A DNA stretch of 64,000 bases from an uncultured cyanobacterium. GTDB lineage: Bacteria; Cyanobacteriota; Cyanobacteriia; Pseudanabaenales; Pseudanabaenaceae. Both the position numbers and the translations under genes were made by a program. The notes under the pieces are model-generated. The model was not told the DNA's origin, did not search any database, and saw only the letters and a list, made by a program, of their open reading frames with translations. The stretch lies in contig OY969811.1 of the NCBI GenBank assembly GCA_963703315.1, positions 1,408,001-1,472,000 on the forward strand, written 5' to 3'. Position 1 is the stretch's first letter. Each line of letters opens with the position of its first letter. Below, one piece after another: positions 18,467 through 28,305 of the stretch.

Positions 18467-19588
18467 TTATAAACTATCTGCTGAAGGCAAAATAACTGTA
18501 AACTGTGTCCCCATATTCACTTCACTTTGGACTGTGATCTTGCCATGATGGGCTTCTACAGCTTGCTTGACTATATATAAACCCATACCCAGCCCTTTAA
18601 CATTGCCGACATTCTCAGCTCTTAAAAATGGCAAAAATAGATTGTTTAAGTATTCGTTAGGGATGCCAATACCATGATCTCTAATATTAAGAATTAATTG
18701 CTGTGAATCACAAGTTAAGTCTACATCAATAGTCCCACCTTCATAGGAGTATTTGATGGCATTAGAAACTAAATTCATAAATATATGCCAGAGCAACTTT
18801 TTGTCAAGTTTTAATTTTTTGGATTTGCCATGACTATCAAAATTGATACGACATTTACAGGAACTTTCTTCTGATTGAAAACTTTCTGCGAGTTGCTGAC
18901 AATAAGCCTTTGCATCTATATTTTCAGGATGAAATGGGAATTTGCCAGACTCGGAACAAGCAATAAACTTAACCTCTTCCAGTAACCAATTAATATCTTT
19001 AATAGCCGATTGTATCGAAGCAAGATTTTTAGCTCTACTTTCTTTAGTAAGTTGATCTTCAAAGTTTTGTAATTTCCAAATCAACAGTCTAATTACTGAC
19101 ATTGGCGTTGAAAATTCATGGGATGCCATAGCCAGTAGTCGAGATTTTAAAATATGCAATTCTTTTTCTTTTTCTAAGGCTTCTTGCAATATTTTTTCTT
19201 CTTGATGCTTTTTGAGAGCCACCATGATTGCCATATTCACTTCAGCATATCTCAGTGGTTTTGTGAGATATCCATAGGGAGAAGTAGCGATCGCCTGTTC
19301 TAAAGTCTCAGGATCGCTAAAAGCAGTGAGATAAATTACAGGAATTGACGCTATTTTGTGAATCTCAGTTGTGGCAGTGATGCCACTATCTAAGCCGCGT
19401 AATTTAATATCCATCAAGATGATGTCTGGAAGGTGGCGATATATAGAGGCGATCGCACCATCACTACTATCAACTATTTCGATAACCCTATAGCCCAGAT
19501 CTGATAGAACATCTGAGAGGGCATTTGCTGTTACCAGTTCATCTTCTACAATCAAGACATCAGCGATCGTACTAGTCTTCACTGTCAT
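18467..19588 (-). CDS. Hybrid response regulator / histidine kinase
   Basis: Receiver VLIVEDE...DIILMDIKL...GYLTKP; H-box SHEFSTP; NLVSNAIKYS, DHGIGI, GLGMGL. Confidence 0.92.
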   Translation of the reverse strand: MTVKTSTIADVLIVEDELVTANALSDVLSDLGYRVIEIVDSSDGAIASIYRHLPDIILMDIKLRGLDSGITATTEIHKIASIPVIYLTAFSDPETLEQAIATSPYGYLTKPLRYAEVNMAIMVALKKHQEEKILQEALEKEKELHILKSRLLAMASHEFSTPMSVIRLLIWKLQNFEDQLTKESRAKNLASIQSAIKDINWLLEEVKFIACSESGKFPFHPENIDAKAYCQQLAESFQSEESSCKCRINFDSHGKSKKLKLDKKLLWHIFMNLVSNAIKYSYEGGTIDVDLTCDSQQLILNIRDHGIGIPNEYLNNLFLPFLRAENVGNVKGLGMGLYIVKQAVEAHHGKITVQSEVNMGTQFTVILPSADSL

Positions 19589-19703
19589 ATTTTTGTTTCG
19601 TCTCTATTGCAACTAGGCTAAGCAGATCTTACGAGCTGCTTATTTGCTTATTATTTAATTATACAATTACTATATAAAATTCAGAAAATTAGATGTGTTT
19701 ATA

Positions 19704-19917
19704 CAAGTAGCTGAGCGCAATTAAATATAAAACACAAAAACCTGTGGCGCACGCTGCGCGTGCGCCACAGGTTTTTGATCTGGTTTTTAATTATACCCAG
19801 CTCCTTAGCTCTCGCCAGTTTTGTTAAGACCCCCCCCAAGAAGTGAGTTGCGGTGCAAAGCGCCGCAACTCACTTCTTGGGGGGGCGCGTCCCTTACAGC
19901 ACCAATGGCTGTAGCTA
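19704..19917. repeat. Family A element (19704-19807) abutting family B element (19806-19917)
   Basis: Near-identical to 5843-5946 (inverted); second element tagc...gcta with stem aagaagtgagttgcggtgc-aaa-gcgccgcaactcacttctt. Confidence 0.85.
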
Positions 19918-20026
19918 AATTTTCTAAAAAGCTATTTATTGATCGCCTTGACGCGATATGATAGTAGATCCTTGCTTCTAAATCAATTTAATAGAAGCCA
20001 ACTACTGCCCGTAAGGAAGAAATTAA

Positions 20027-20395
20027 ATGACAGTTAAGCGTTTGTACGAAACCATGTATATTCTGCGTCCCGATCTGCCCGATCAGGAAGCGGATGCAGC
20101 GATCGCCAAATATCAAGACTTTTTAGTACAACAAGAGTCTGAAGATATCACAATTCAACATCGTGGTAGACGCAGACTAGCCTACGACATTAAAGGACAT
20201 CGTGAAGGGATTTACATCCAAGTAAATTACACTGCAACTCCTAAAACCATCGAAAGCTTAGAAAAATCATTCCGCCTCGGTGATGATGTGATTCGTTACC
20301 TAACAGTTAAGCTTGAGCCAGAAGCTGTTGAAGAAAGTGAAGAGGCTATTCCTGATGCTGAAGCACCTGTAGAAGAAGTAGCTGCTGCTGAGTAA
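20027..20395 (+). CDS. rpsF: 30S ribosomal protein S6
   Basis: [19 protein letters not shown]....EGIY, DDVIRYL. Confidence 0.97.
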   Translation: MTVKRLYETMYILRPDLPDQEADAAIAKYQDFLVQQESEDITIQHRGRRRLAYDIKGHREGIYIQVNYTATPKTIESLEKSFRLGDDVIRYLTVKLEPEAVEESEEAIPDAEAPVEEVAAAE

Positions 20396-20402
20396 AATCT
20401 CA

Positions 20403-20484
20403 AAAATAAAAAAACCTTGCTTAAGCAAGGTTTTTTTATTTCCTAAATAATAAAAGCACGGCGCGAAGCGCCGTGCTTTTATTT
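20403..20484. terminator. Two hairpins between rpsF and hli
   Basis: aaaaaaaccttgc-ttaa-gcaaggttttttt and aataaaagcacggcgc-gaa-gcgccgtgcttttatt. Confidence 0.75.
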
Positions 20485-20491
20485 AAAAGAT

Positions 20492-20644
20492 TTATAGGAT
20501 GCCCCAGAAGTGTAGTACGCCTTGACCACTAATTAATTCGATTGCTAATGCTGATACAAAGCCGATCATTGCTAGGCGACCATTCCAGTTTTCAGCGCCA
20601 GAAGTGAAACCCCAATTCCATACGTTACGGTTTTCGTCAGACAT
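20492..20644 (-). CDS. hli: High-light-inducible protein (Hli/SCP), 50 aa, not in the ORF track
   Basis: My translation: [50 protein letters not shown], with the CAB-like [11 protein letters not shown] motif. Confidence 0.95.
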   Translation of the reverse strand: MSDENRNVWNWGFTSGAENWNGRLAMIGFVSALAIELISGQGVLHFWGIL

Positions 20645-20768
20645 AATCGATTTACCTTGTTAATTGCTTTACATTTAGAAATGTAACAGATAGCTTAAGT
20701 TTTCGCAATCTTTCTTTACGTTTTCCGTCTTTGGACAGACTCCAGCGCTTTGTGCTGATTGGAAACCC

Positions 20769-20817
20769 AAAGAAATTTTTGAAAGCGCGGCGAAGCCGCG
20801 CTTTCAAAAATTTCTTT
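20769..20817. repeat. Perfect palindrome
   Basis: aaagaaatttttgaaagcgcggc-gaa-gccgcgctttcaaaaatttcttt. Confidence 0.8.
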
Positions 20818-20936
20818 AATATAGGCTGTAATTCTATGAATGAGTAGAATCTCTGTAATTTAGGTGCGATCGCTAATCAATTGGGTAGAATCCAAAGGAC
20901 ATTCACTCAATAATCTAAGCAAAAGTAGAATTAACT

Positions 20937-22472
20937 ATGCGAAAAATATGGATTCGACTTCTAGCTGGCTGTTTGGCTGTCCTAGTTAATCTGACAACAA
21001 CGGGTACAGTATGGGCAGCTAGTTACAAGAAGAGTAACGATCCCCAATTTCAGGGTGTACCACTTCAGTGTTTCGTGTCACTGGCAGATGCAGATAAATC
21101 TCCTGAATCTAAGTTTGCTGCCTATGGCGAAATCGCAAGTAAATACTTCGACTTACAGCGTCCTGATCAAGCAAAGAAAGTTCTCGAAAAAAGTTTGAGT
21201 GCTGCCAATCTGATTGAGACTCCATCCCTCAAAGCTTTTGCACTGTTAGATACGGCTGGTCGCTTTACCAAGGCTTCGCAGTCTAAGTTAGCTGTAGATG
21301 CTCTCGATAATGCCCTCACAATTGTCCAAGATCTCCCCGATCCTGTAGACAGAGTTTTTGCAAATATCAAAATTGCTCAAGCCTATAGTGAGGCTGGTAA
21401 AAAAGATAAGGCTCAAAACTTACTTGCTGATGCCACAAAATCTACGCCTGAAATTATCAATCCCTATGTCCGATCGCGGGCTTTTGCAGCGATCGCCAAT
21501 GTCTATACTGAAATCGGTGATGACTTCAATTCTGAAACTGCGATTTCAGCAGCAACCGACTTATTGCCGATGATTGACGAACCTAATGCTAGAGCTAGAG
21601 CTAGAGTTGAGATTACAGGTAGTTATGCACAGGCGGGTAACCATTCCAAATCGGTAGCTTCGCTGTCATCGGCTTTTCAAGAGTTTGATGCCATTCGGGA
21701 TGGAGCGATCGCCTCTGCAAAAGACGCTGACCAAAAAGCTAATTCCACTGCCAAGACTGGCAAGGCGAAGTTGCTAAACAAGAATGCTGCTAAGGAAGAA
21801 AAAGCAGTAACAGATCCTAAGACAGATCCCAAGATTGTTGAACAAACAGCGAGTGCTAATGCAGAAATCTTAAAGACGCGATCGCTATTTTTAGTTGCTA
21901 ATCAATATTTAGTGTCCAAGCAATATGACAAGGCACTCGAAGTAATTGGCAACCTTGACAATAAATCCGTTGATAAAAGTGTAGGGATTGCCAATGTCGC
22001 AATCGCCTATGTCAAGGACAAAAAAAACGATGAAGCCATCAAACTATTTGATCAGAGCTTGCAAGGGCTAAGTACAGTTGCGCCTTCAATTGATGTCTTT
22101 ACTTTGCTAGTCGAAGTCGGTCGTCAATACCAAACGATTAAATCGCCTGAACTCGCTCATAAAGCTTGGGAAAAAGCTTTAGAGATCGCTCAGAATTTAC
22201 CTCAGCCAGTTGATCGTCTTTTTGCACTCAATATTATTGCTAGTAACTATGGTGAATTTGGATTAACCGAAAAAGTACCAGCAATCCTCCAAGAAAGCAT
22301 GGCGATCGCCAAAACTGCTCCCGATCCTAATATTCGCTCCAGAGCCTACTCGGACATTAGCAGCACCTATTGGGCGATCGGTCAGCGCGATCAAGCCAAA
22401 GAAATTGCTCAAAACATCGAAAATCCCATCGAAAAAGAACAACTAGGTAAATTATTTACTTGTGCTAGTTAA
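20937..22472 (+). CDS. Secreted TPR-like repeat protein
   Basis: Signal peptide and ~40-aa Ala-rich helical repeats. Confidence 0.75.
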   Translation: MRKIWIRLLAGCLAVLVNLTTTGTVWAASYKKSNDPQFQGVPLQCFVSLADADKSPESKFAAYGEIASKYFDLQRPDQAKKVLEKSLSAANLIETPSLKAFALLDTAGRFTKASQSKLAVDALDNALTIVQDLPDPVDRVFANIKIAQAYSEAGKKDKAQNLLADATKSTPEIINPYVRSRAFAAIANVYTEIGDDFNSETAISAATDLLPMIDEPNARARARVEITGSYAQAGNHSKSVASLSSAFQEFDAIRDGAIASAKDADQKANSTAKTGKAKLLNKNAAKEEKAVTDPKTDPKIVEQTASANAEILKTRSLFLVANQYLVSKQYDKALEVIGNLDNKSVDKSVGIANVAIAYVKDKKNDEAIKLFDQSLQGLSTVAPSIDVFTLLVEVGRQYQTIKSPELAHKAWEKALEIAQNLPQPVDRLFALNIIASNYGEFGLTEKVPAILQESMAIAKTAPDPNIRSRAYSDISSTYWAIGQRDQAKEIAQNIENPIEKEQLGKLFTCAS

Positions 22473-22547
22473 TCAAAAAAGCCTCGCAATGCGAGGCTTT
22501 TTAATAAATAATTCAGGTTGACTGACAAAATATTCTAGTATTTTTAA

Positions 22548-22642
22548 TATAGCGATCGCCAATCTTGTGAAATACGGGATTGTTTCCCCGCCTTTGGCGG
22601 AGAAACAATCCTTTGTAACTCGCTTGCTTGAAAAGCGCTATA
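22548..22642. repeat. Family D element
   Basis: TATAGCG...CGCTATA ends; core ggattgtttccccgcc-ttt-ggcggagaaacaatcc. Confidence 0.8.
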
Positions 22643-22669
22643 TAAAAGTAATTATTCTAGAAAAATATT

Positions 22670-23116
22670 ATGGCTAATTCTTCACAAACAGAATGGTTAT
22701 TTCCCTCAATCACCAATAAAGAAAAAGCAAAACAAGTTGCCAGACAAGGCACTTGGGCTGCGGTCATAGTTGCTCTGATCACATCAGTTCTAACTGTGAT
22801 AGTTATTTCTCAAAATCCTGCATTACCCTCTGACAATTTGCCTAAACTTGATGCTTGGGCATTTTGGGATGTGGGAATTTTTGTGGCGATCGCTTGGGGG
22901 ATCTACAAAATGTCACGAGTAGCAGCCGTAGCAGGGTTGGTGATATATATTGCTGAACAAGTTTTGATTCGAGTTAGTAATCCTAAACTAGCAACCAATG
23001 GTATTTTCGTTACTGTTTTTATTGTTATAGCCTTTATTAATGGCATACGTGGAACCTTTGCTTATCATAGTCTGCCACCCAGTAATACCAATATTGATCC
23101 CAATCCAGAATCTTAG
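22670..23116 (+). CDS. Hypothetical membrane protein (~4 TM)
   Basis: Hydrophobic segments; GIYKMSRVAAV and FINGIRGTFAYH. Confidence 0.7.
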   Translation: MANSSQTEWLFPSITNKEKAKQVARQGTWAAVIVALITSVLTVIVISQNPALPSDNLPKLDAWAFWDVGIFVAIAWGIYKMSRVAAVAGLVIYIAEQVLIRVSNPKLATNGIFVTVFIVIAFINGIRGTFAYHSLPPSNTNIDPNPES

Positions 23117-23619
23117 TTTTGATTATCTGATAACTGTATGGAAGTGAGAGCTGCCCAGCGTTTATCTAAAGGAGATTCCAAATTTATACTTGTATCGGTC
23201 AAGTCAAGGGCAGGTGCATCTGGGGCGATCTTGGGATAGGGAATCGCTAACAGTAACTGCTCGTACAACCATGCCGCAGGATCAAAATAGCCATTAGGAG
23301 ACAAGGACTCGACTAAATCTCCTGTTTCTATTTCTCTTTCTTTGGGATATTCGCTTTCTGGTAATGGCTCGGCTAGACAGATCATTTCCGAGGTATCGAT
23401 CGCCAATCGATAGTTAAACTGCACCAAAGTGCGATCGCAAGTCAAAGTAATAATCGTCGAAGCTTTGGCGCTAACTTCTAGAAAGGAGCCAACATGATGC
23501 ACAGATATAAAACCTTGCACAGGTGTAAGCGTTTCTAGCCCCTCAATAAATTCTTTAAACTCAAAAGATTCCGTTGCTTCCACGGCTCTAGCAATTTGGG
23601 GGATATATAACTTTTCCAT
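23113..23619 (-). CDS. YceD/DUF177 family protein
   Basis: TLTCDRTL, WLYEQLLLAIP, LDKRWAAL; conserved position after jag. Confidence 0.88.
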   Translation of the reverse strand: MEKLYIPQIARAVEATESFEFKEFIEGLETLTPVQGFISVHHVGSFLEVSAKASTIITLTCDRTLVQFNYRLAIDTSEMICLAEPLPESEYPKEREIETGDLVESLSPNGYFDPAAWLYEQLLLAIPYPKIAPDAPALDLTDTSINLESPLDKRWAALTSIQLSDNQN

Positions 23620-24149
23620 TAGCTCTGCACCAATTTAACAATCAAGTGACGATTTGGTTCTCTTCCCTGACTCTGGGTTTCGATATCGGGGAAACTTTCT
23701 AAAAACTGATGAATGTATCGGCGATCGGCTGATGAAAGCTGTTTTAGGGCAACTTCAGTCTTAGTTTCGCGTACTTGCTGCATCGCTTGTTCGGCTAAGG
23801 AGTTTAAATTGGCTAGATATTCGGAGCGATAGCCATTTAACTCCACAGTATAAAAATTATAGTTTTTGCGATCGGTTTCCAAAGGATTAATATCTGAGGA
23901 AATGTGGTTATTCAGAAGCGTATTCGCCAGATATTGAAGTGAGTCAATTACTACGCCATCTTGACCAATCAGTCTTTGAATTTGTTGTTCTTGTAACCCA
24001 TTCGTACTAATTTCTAACCAATAATTCTGAGAATTATCAGCAATTTGTTCTGGAGATGATTCTCCAAGCGTGGTATTCACCGAAGCTGCATAACCCATCA
24101 AGCCTAAAAGCTCCTGAAGCCAGTTTGCACTTGCTGAAGTATCTTCCAT
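23619..24149 (-). CDS. jag: Jag/KhpB-like R3H RNA-binding protein
   Basis: LIGQDG..IDSLQYLAN, LSSADRRYIH (R3H), SQGREPNRHL. Confidence 0.88.
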   Translation of the reverse strand: MEDTSASANWLQELLGLMGYAASVNTTLGESSPEQIADNSQNYWLEISTNGLQEQQIQRLIGQDGVVIDSLQYLANTLLNNHISSDINPLETDRKNYNFYTVELNGYRSEYLANLNSLAEQAMQQVRETKTEVALKQLSSADRRYIHQFLESFPDIETQSQGREPNRHLIVKLVQS

Positions 24150-24202
24150 AAACAATACTTTCCCATTCAAGATTGGTTTTAAATACTTCTTAACTTAGAT
24201 GC

Positions 24203-24271
24203 TATAGCGTTTCACAGTCTAGTAAAGTATGGGATTGTTTCTCCGCCTTCGCTAGACTGTGAAATGCTATA
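24203..24271. repeat. Rearranged family D element
   Basis: tatagcgtttcacagtctag...ctagactgtgaaatgctata; the inner hairpin has lost its right arm. Confidence 0.75.
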
Positions 24272-24338
24272 AGCCTGCTTACTTGCATAAACTAAATTTA
24301 GTTAATTTAAATTTAAAGGGCGCGTCGCGCCCTTTAAA

Positions 24339-25640
24339 TTAATTCTTTTTCTTCTTCTTTGACGAATTTGGTTCAAAAGGTAAAGCCGATTTTGTCGGCG
24401 ACTTACCATCTTTTTCTTGATTGTCTACTACAGTTGTCTTTTTCGCTTTAGCATCAAAGGGAATTTTGCTAGATTCGGACTTACTGGGTGTAATGGACTT
24501 GGTTTCTGTTTTCGCTTTACCAGAGTCAGTAACACCTGATGAGACTGTAACTAGCTTTTGGAGATTTTCGGGTAGAGGCTCCTTAGCGACAATAAAGGCT
24601 TGCAAAGTCTGGAAGATGTTAGCAATCAACATATACAGCATCACACCTGATGGCAAGGGGAAGAATAAAAACATCCCAGAGAAAATAATTGGTGTGAGCT
24701 TGTTCATCGTGTCTTGCTGTGAAGACTCAGGACTGGGGTTACTAGGTTTAGGAGTAGATCCACCAGAGATATTTTGGTTGGCATAAAGGCTCACACCAAA
24801 ACCAAGCACCATGATCACGATATCCCAGTTAATGCTGCCATCAGCATTAGTTACACCAGTCTTACCAAGTGCCTTAATAAATAAGAAACCTTTGTTGGAG
24901 GCTAAACCTGGTACGGTTGCTTGAACGGTAACATCACCAGCTTGTTTGGCGACTACAGTACCGTCGTCGAGTACTTCAGCAAACTCTTGTCCTTTGGTAA
25001 TTTTCCAATGAGGAGCTAGTTCGGCATCAGGATATTCGGTAGCTAGGGATTGGAAATCTTGACCTTGAGCAGTTTGTAGAACAATTTTTGATTGTTCGCC
25101 AATCGCCAAGCTTGTACCGTTTACCGCAGTGGCAAGAACTGGATAATGCACGCGATCGGCAAAGTAAACGTTTTGGCTAGGCGAGGTAAAAGGTTGGTGG
25201 ATAATTTGCGCCTGATTTTCCGCAGGAGCAGCAATTTGGAAGTTTAAAGAGTAATTAATATCAGCAAAGGGTGATCCCCTTAGAGTTGCAAACAAAGCAA
25301 AGAGAATTGGTAATTGCACGACCGCAGGTAGGCATCCCGATAGGGGATTACCAAATTCTTTGAAGTTTGCCGAGTTTACTTTGGCTAGCTCCTCTTGCTG
25401 TTTGGCAGGATCGCTTTTGTAACGCTCTTGTACTTCCTTGATTCTTTGTTGCATCACGGGGTTAGCGATCTTCATACGACGCATACTGCGAAGCTGATTA
25501 GCACTAACGGGGAACAACGCAAAACGTACAACCAACGTCAAGGCAATAATTGCCAATCCATAGCTCGGCACGATGCCGTAGAAAAAATCTAGGAAAGGCA
25601 ACATTATGTTGTTGGAAAGAAAACCTACACCGAAATCCAT
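24339..25640 (-). CDS. yidC: Membrane protein insertase YidC
   Basis: SYGLAIIALTLVVR, GCLP.VVQLPILFAL, FFPLPSGV.LY. Confidence 0.96.
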   Translation of the reverse strand: MDFGVGFLSNNIMLPFLDFFYGIVPSYGLAIIALTLVVRFALFPVSANQLRSMRRMKIANPVMQQRIKEVQERYKSDPAKQQEELAKVNSANFKEFGNPLSGCLPAVVQLPILFALFATLRGSPFADINYSLNFQIAAPAENQAQIIHQPFTSPSQNVYFADRVHYPVLATAVNGTSLAIGEQSKIVLQTAQGQDFQSLATEYPDAELAPHWKITKGQEFAEVLDDGTVVAKQAGDVTVQATVPGLASNKGFLFIKALGKTGVTNADGSINWDIVIMVLGFGVSLYANQNISGGSTPKPSNPSPESSQQDTMNKLTPIIFSGMFLFFPLPSGVMLYMLIANIFQTLQAFIVAKEPLPENLQKLVTVSSGVTDSGKAKTETKSITPSKSESSKIPFDAKAKKTTVVDNQEKDGKSPTKSALPFEPNSSKKKKKN

Positions 25641-25740
25641 TTTCTACTTTACTGTTGAGTTTGCATCTAAATGATTATTGATCACTTATTAAAATTAGGA
25701 TCGCCCAAGATTTGAGCTTCTAGGGCGATCCTGAAATATT

Positions 25741-26139
25741 TTAGGCTTTGCTACCGATCGCACCGCTTCTGTCTTGTGCTTTCAGGCTCAGCTTTGATTC
25801 GATATATTCGTATGTTTCACGAAAATTAGGCAGAGACTTTAATTCAAGGCGAGAACCATCTTTGAGGGTCAGCACCATGTCACCCCAACTGCCTAAACCA
25901 CGCGGAACCGTGACGATTTTGGAAATTTCCGCATATACGATGTCTGTGCGGGTTTGACCTCTCCAACCACCTGTGACGGTAATGCGTCGATTGGTGATGC
26001 GATAGCGTACCCATAACGCTCTTGCGATCGCGGCAATGCCAAAAGGAATTGTGATCACAAAAATACTCATCAGCAAGCTAATAATTAGATCGCCGATGTG
26101 AGGTGCGCCTTCGTAATAAACTTCCTCATTAACTGCCAT
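25741..26139 (-). CDS. PH-domain (bPH_2-like) membrane protein of the cyanobacterial rnpA-yidC operon
   Basis: YYEGAPHIGDL, RYRITNRRI; conserved synteny. Confidence 0.85.
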   Translation of the reverse strand: MAVNEEVYYEGAPHIGDLIISLLMSIFVITIPFGIAAIARALWVRYRITNRRITVTGGWRGQTRTDIVYAEISKIVTVPRGLGSWGDMVLTLKDGSRLELKSLPNFRETYEYIESKLSLKAQDRSGAIGSKA

Positions 26140-26479
26140 GCAAAACCTTCGCCTTTGCTAATAAATTCTTGATGTCATCACAAAGTTGCTGATAACTTGG
26201 TTTGCTCTCGGAAGCAATAACTGTTACAACAATTTGCAATCCACCTTTTAATTGTGACAGAAGTTGACGAAAAATTGCGCGAAGTTGACGTTTAAATCGA
26301 TTACGGCTTACCGCCAACTTGCTTACTTTTTTGCTAACAACGATACCAATTTGGGTGAATTCAGCATTACTATCAACAACAATCCTCAGATTTAAGTATT
26401 TGCCTCGATAGCGATCGCCATGGGCATATACCTTTGCAAAGTCCTCTCGCCGTCGCAGACGGTTTTGATTGGGAAGCAC
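26129..26479 (-). CDS. rnpA: Ribonuclease P protein component
   Basis: NRLRRREDF, GIVVSKKVSK.AV.RNRFKRQLR. Confidence 0.95.
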   Translation of the reverse strand: MLPNQNRLRRREDFAKVYAHGDRYRGKYLNLRIVVDSNAEFTQIGIVVSKKVSKLAVSRNRFKRQLRAIFRQLLSQLKGGLQIVVTVIASESKPSYQQLCDDIKNLLAKAKVLHGS

Positions 26480-26539
26480 TAGAAAATTAACAAGTACAAG
26501 TTAAGTACGAATAGGTTTGTGAATTAAATCTGATTAAGC

Positions 26540-26680
26540 TTATACGGTTGTTAAGCGAACTCTGCCTCTGCTGCGGCGAGCTTTGATTACGCGGCGACCT
26601 GTGGGAGATTCCATTCTGGCGCGAAATCCAGAGGTGCGCTTCTTTTTGCGGACACTACCGCGTAGGGTACGTTTTGTCAT
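26540..26680 (-). CDS. rpmH: 50S ribosomal protein L34, not in the ORF track
   Basis: My translation: [46 protein letters not shown]. Confidence 0.97.
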   Translation of the reverse strand: MTKRTLRGSVRKKKRTSGFRARMESPTGRRVIKARRSRGRVRLTTV

Positions 26681-26762
26681 AACCGTTACTTACTTACTTT
26701 CAAAAGGTGTCATTTTTTCACAGGCTTTCGATTATAACACCTGTGTTTAGCGATTTGTTAAC

Positions 26763-26867
26763 TAAGTAGCTGATCGCAATTAAATATAAAATCTCAAAAC
26801 CTGTGGCGCACGCTGTGCGTGCGCCACAGGTTTTGGATCTGTTTTTTTATATATGCCCAGCTACTTA
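26763..26867. repeat. Family A element
   Basis: TAAGTAGCTG...CAGCTACTTA ends with central cctgtggcgcac..gtgcgccacagg hairpin. Confidence 0.88.
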
Positions 26868-26972
26868 ATACCAATTCACGAAAATGTGACAACACTTTTG
26901 TGAATTGAAAACCAAACCCAGTAAGGGTTTTTAAAACTAAAAATGGCGTAGCCATTTTTAGTTTTGGTATTA
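26866..26972. repeat. Family C MITE-like element (107 bp, two internal hairpins)
   Basis: TAATACCAA...TTGGTATTA ends; near-identical copy at 48973-49079. Confidence 0.88.
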
Positions 26973-27103
26973 GTTGGCTTTGAGATCAACCAATTTCAAA
27001 TTCAAGCAATAGGTGATTATCGGCTATGACCATCTCATCGCAATCACCTATATCTAGCTATACCCTATAATCTTAGGGGTAACTATTTATGGTTTGGATC
27101 TAG

Positions 27104-28186
27104 GTGGCACTTAAGTTTAAATTTGCGATCGCCTCCGATTTGCACATTGCATTGCCCCACACAATTTGGCAACATCCTGCGCGATTTCATCTAGTTGAGT
27201 ACAGCATCCCTGCATTTGAAGAAGTGCTGTCACAACTTGCTACCCTAGATTTAGACTTTCTGCTTTTACCAGGGGATCTCACACAGCATGGCGAAACCGA
27301 AAATCATCAATGGCTATCAAAACGACTAGCGCAACTTCCCTATCCTGTGTATGTGATCGCAGGAAACCATGATGTGCCTAAATTAGAACTCTTCGATAAA
27401 TTTACACCTCACTATACCAAGTTTGGCTTTGAGTCGGGAATTAGCGAACCTTGTAAACTCTATTATGAGTGTGAAGTATTACCTCATGTGCGTTTAATTG
27501 GATTGAACTCAAATCAATTTGATGCTGATGGTCAGCAAATTGGCTGGATCGATGAAGAGCAGTTAGTTTGGTTGCAATCGATTCTGGACAATCAAGATTA
27601 TGAATTAAATCTAGTGACGATTCATCATAATGTGTTGGAACATATGCATGATCAGTCACGCAATGCCCTCGGAAAGCGCTATATGCTTGGTAATGCTGAG
27701 CAATTGTGCGAAATTTTACATCAGGCAAAGGTGAAGCTCATTTTCACGGGGCATCTGCACGTGCAGGATATCGCCTATAGCGATCGCTATGATCTATATG
27801 ACATTACTACAGGCTCACTGGTTAGTTATCCCCATCCCTACCGCGTTCTCAATTACATTTCTGACGCATCAGGAGATCGCTTAGAAATTGAGTCTTTTCG
27901 AGTCAAATCAATTCCTGAACAAGACGATTTATTACAGTTCTCGCGAGAATGGATGGGCGATCGCTCACATCCCTTTGTCTTAAGATTGCTGACCCATCCA
28001 CCTCTGAACTTACCCCTCGAAATAGCTGAAACCTTAACTCCTGAACTGCGCTATTTTTGGGCATATATTGCTGATGGTGATGCTAAATTTGAGTTTCCCA
28101 ATTTTCCGTTAGAAGCGAAGGAATATTTTGAAGCATTTAGCGATATTTCTCCCAAAGATAATCAGATTACGCTAGTTTTTAAATAA
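27104..28186 (+). CDS. Calcineurin-like metallophosphoesterase
   Basis: SDLH, GDLT, GNHD, HH and GHLH motifs. Confidence 0.92.
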   Translation: MALKFKFAIASDLHIALPHTIWQHPARFHLVEYSIPAFEEVLSQLATLDLDFLLLPGDLTQHGETENHQWLSKRLAQLPYPVYVIAGNHDVPKLELFDKFTPHYTKFGFESGISEPCKLYYECEVLPHVRLIGLNSNQFDADGQQIGWIDEEQLVWLQSILDNQDYELNLVTIHHNVLEHMHDQSRNALGKRYMLGNAEQLCEILHQAKVKLIFTGHLHVQDIAYSDRYDLYDITTGSLVSYPHPYRVLNYISDASGDRLEIESFRVKSIPEQDDLLQFSREWMGDRSHPFVLRLLTHPPLNLPLEIAETLTPELRYFWAYIADGDAKFEFPNFPLEAKEYFEAFSDISPKDNQITLVFK

Positions 28187-28189
28187 GGG

Positions 28190-28286
28190 TTGTGGCGCAC
28201 GTTGCGCGTGCGCCACAGGTTTTAATCTCATTTTAACAAAAGCCGACCTCAGCTATAGCTGAGGTCGGCTTTTGTTAAAATGAGAA
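28190..28286. repeat. Family A core plus long perfect palindrome
   Basis: tgtggcgcacg..cgtgcgccaca; tctcattttaacaaaagccgacctcagc-tata-gctgaggtcggcttttgttaaaatgaga. Confidence 0.8.
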
Positions 28287-28305
28287 TTAATATTTGGACA
28301 AAATC

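Noticed and set aside
26680..27100. Replication origin next to rpmH-rnpA-yidC
   Set aside because: No dnaA/dnaN and no cluster of DnaA boxes. The region is filled by family A and C repeats.
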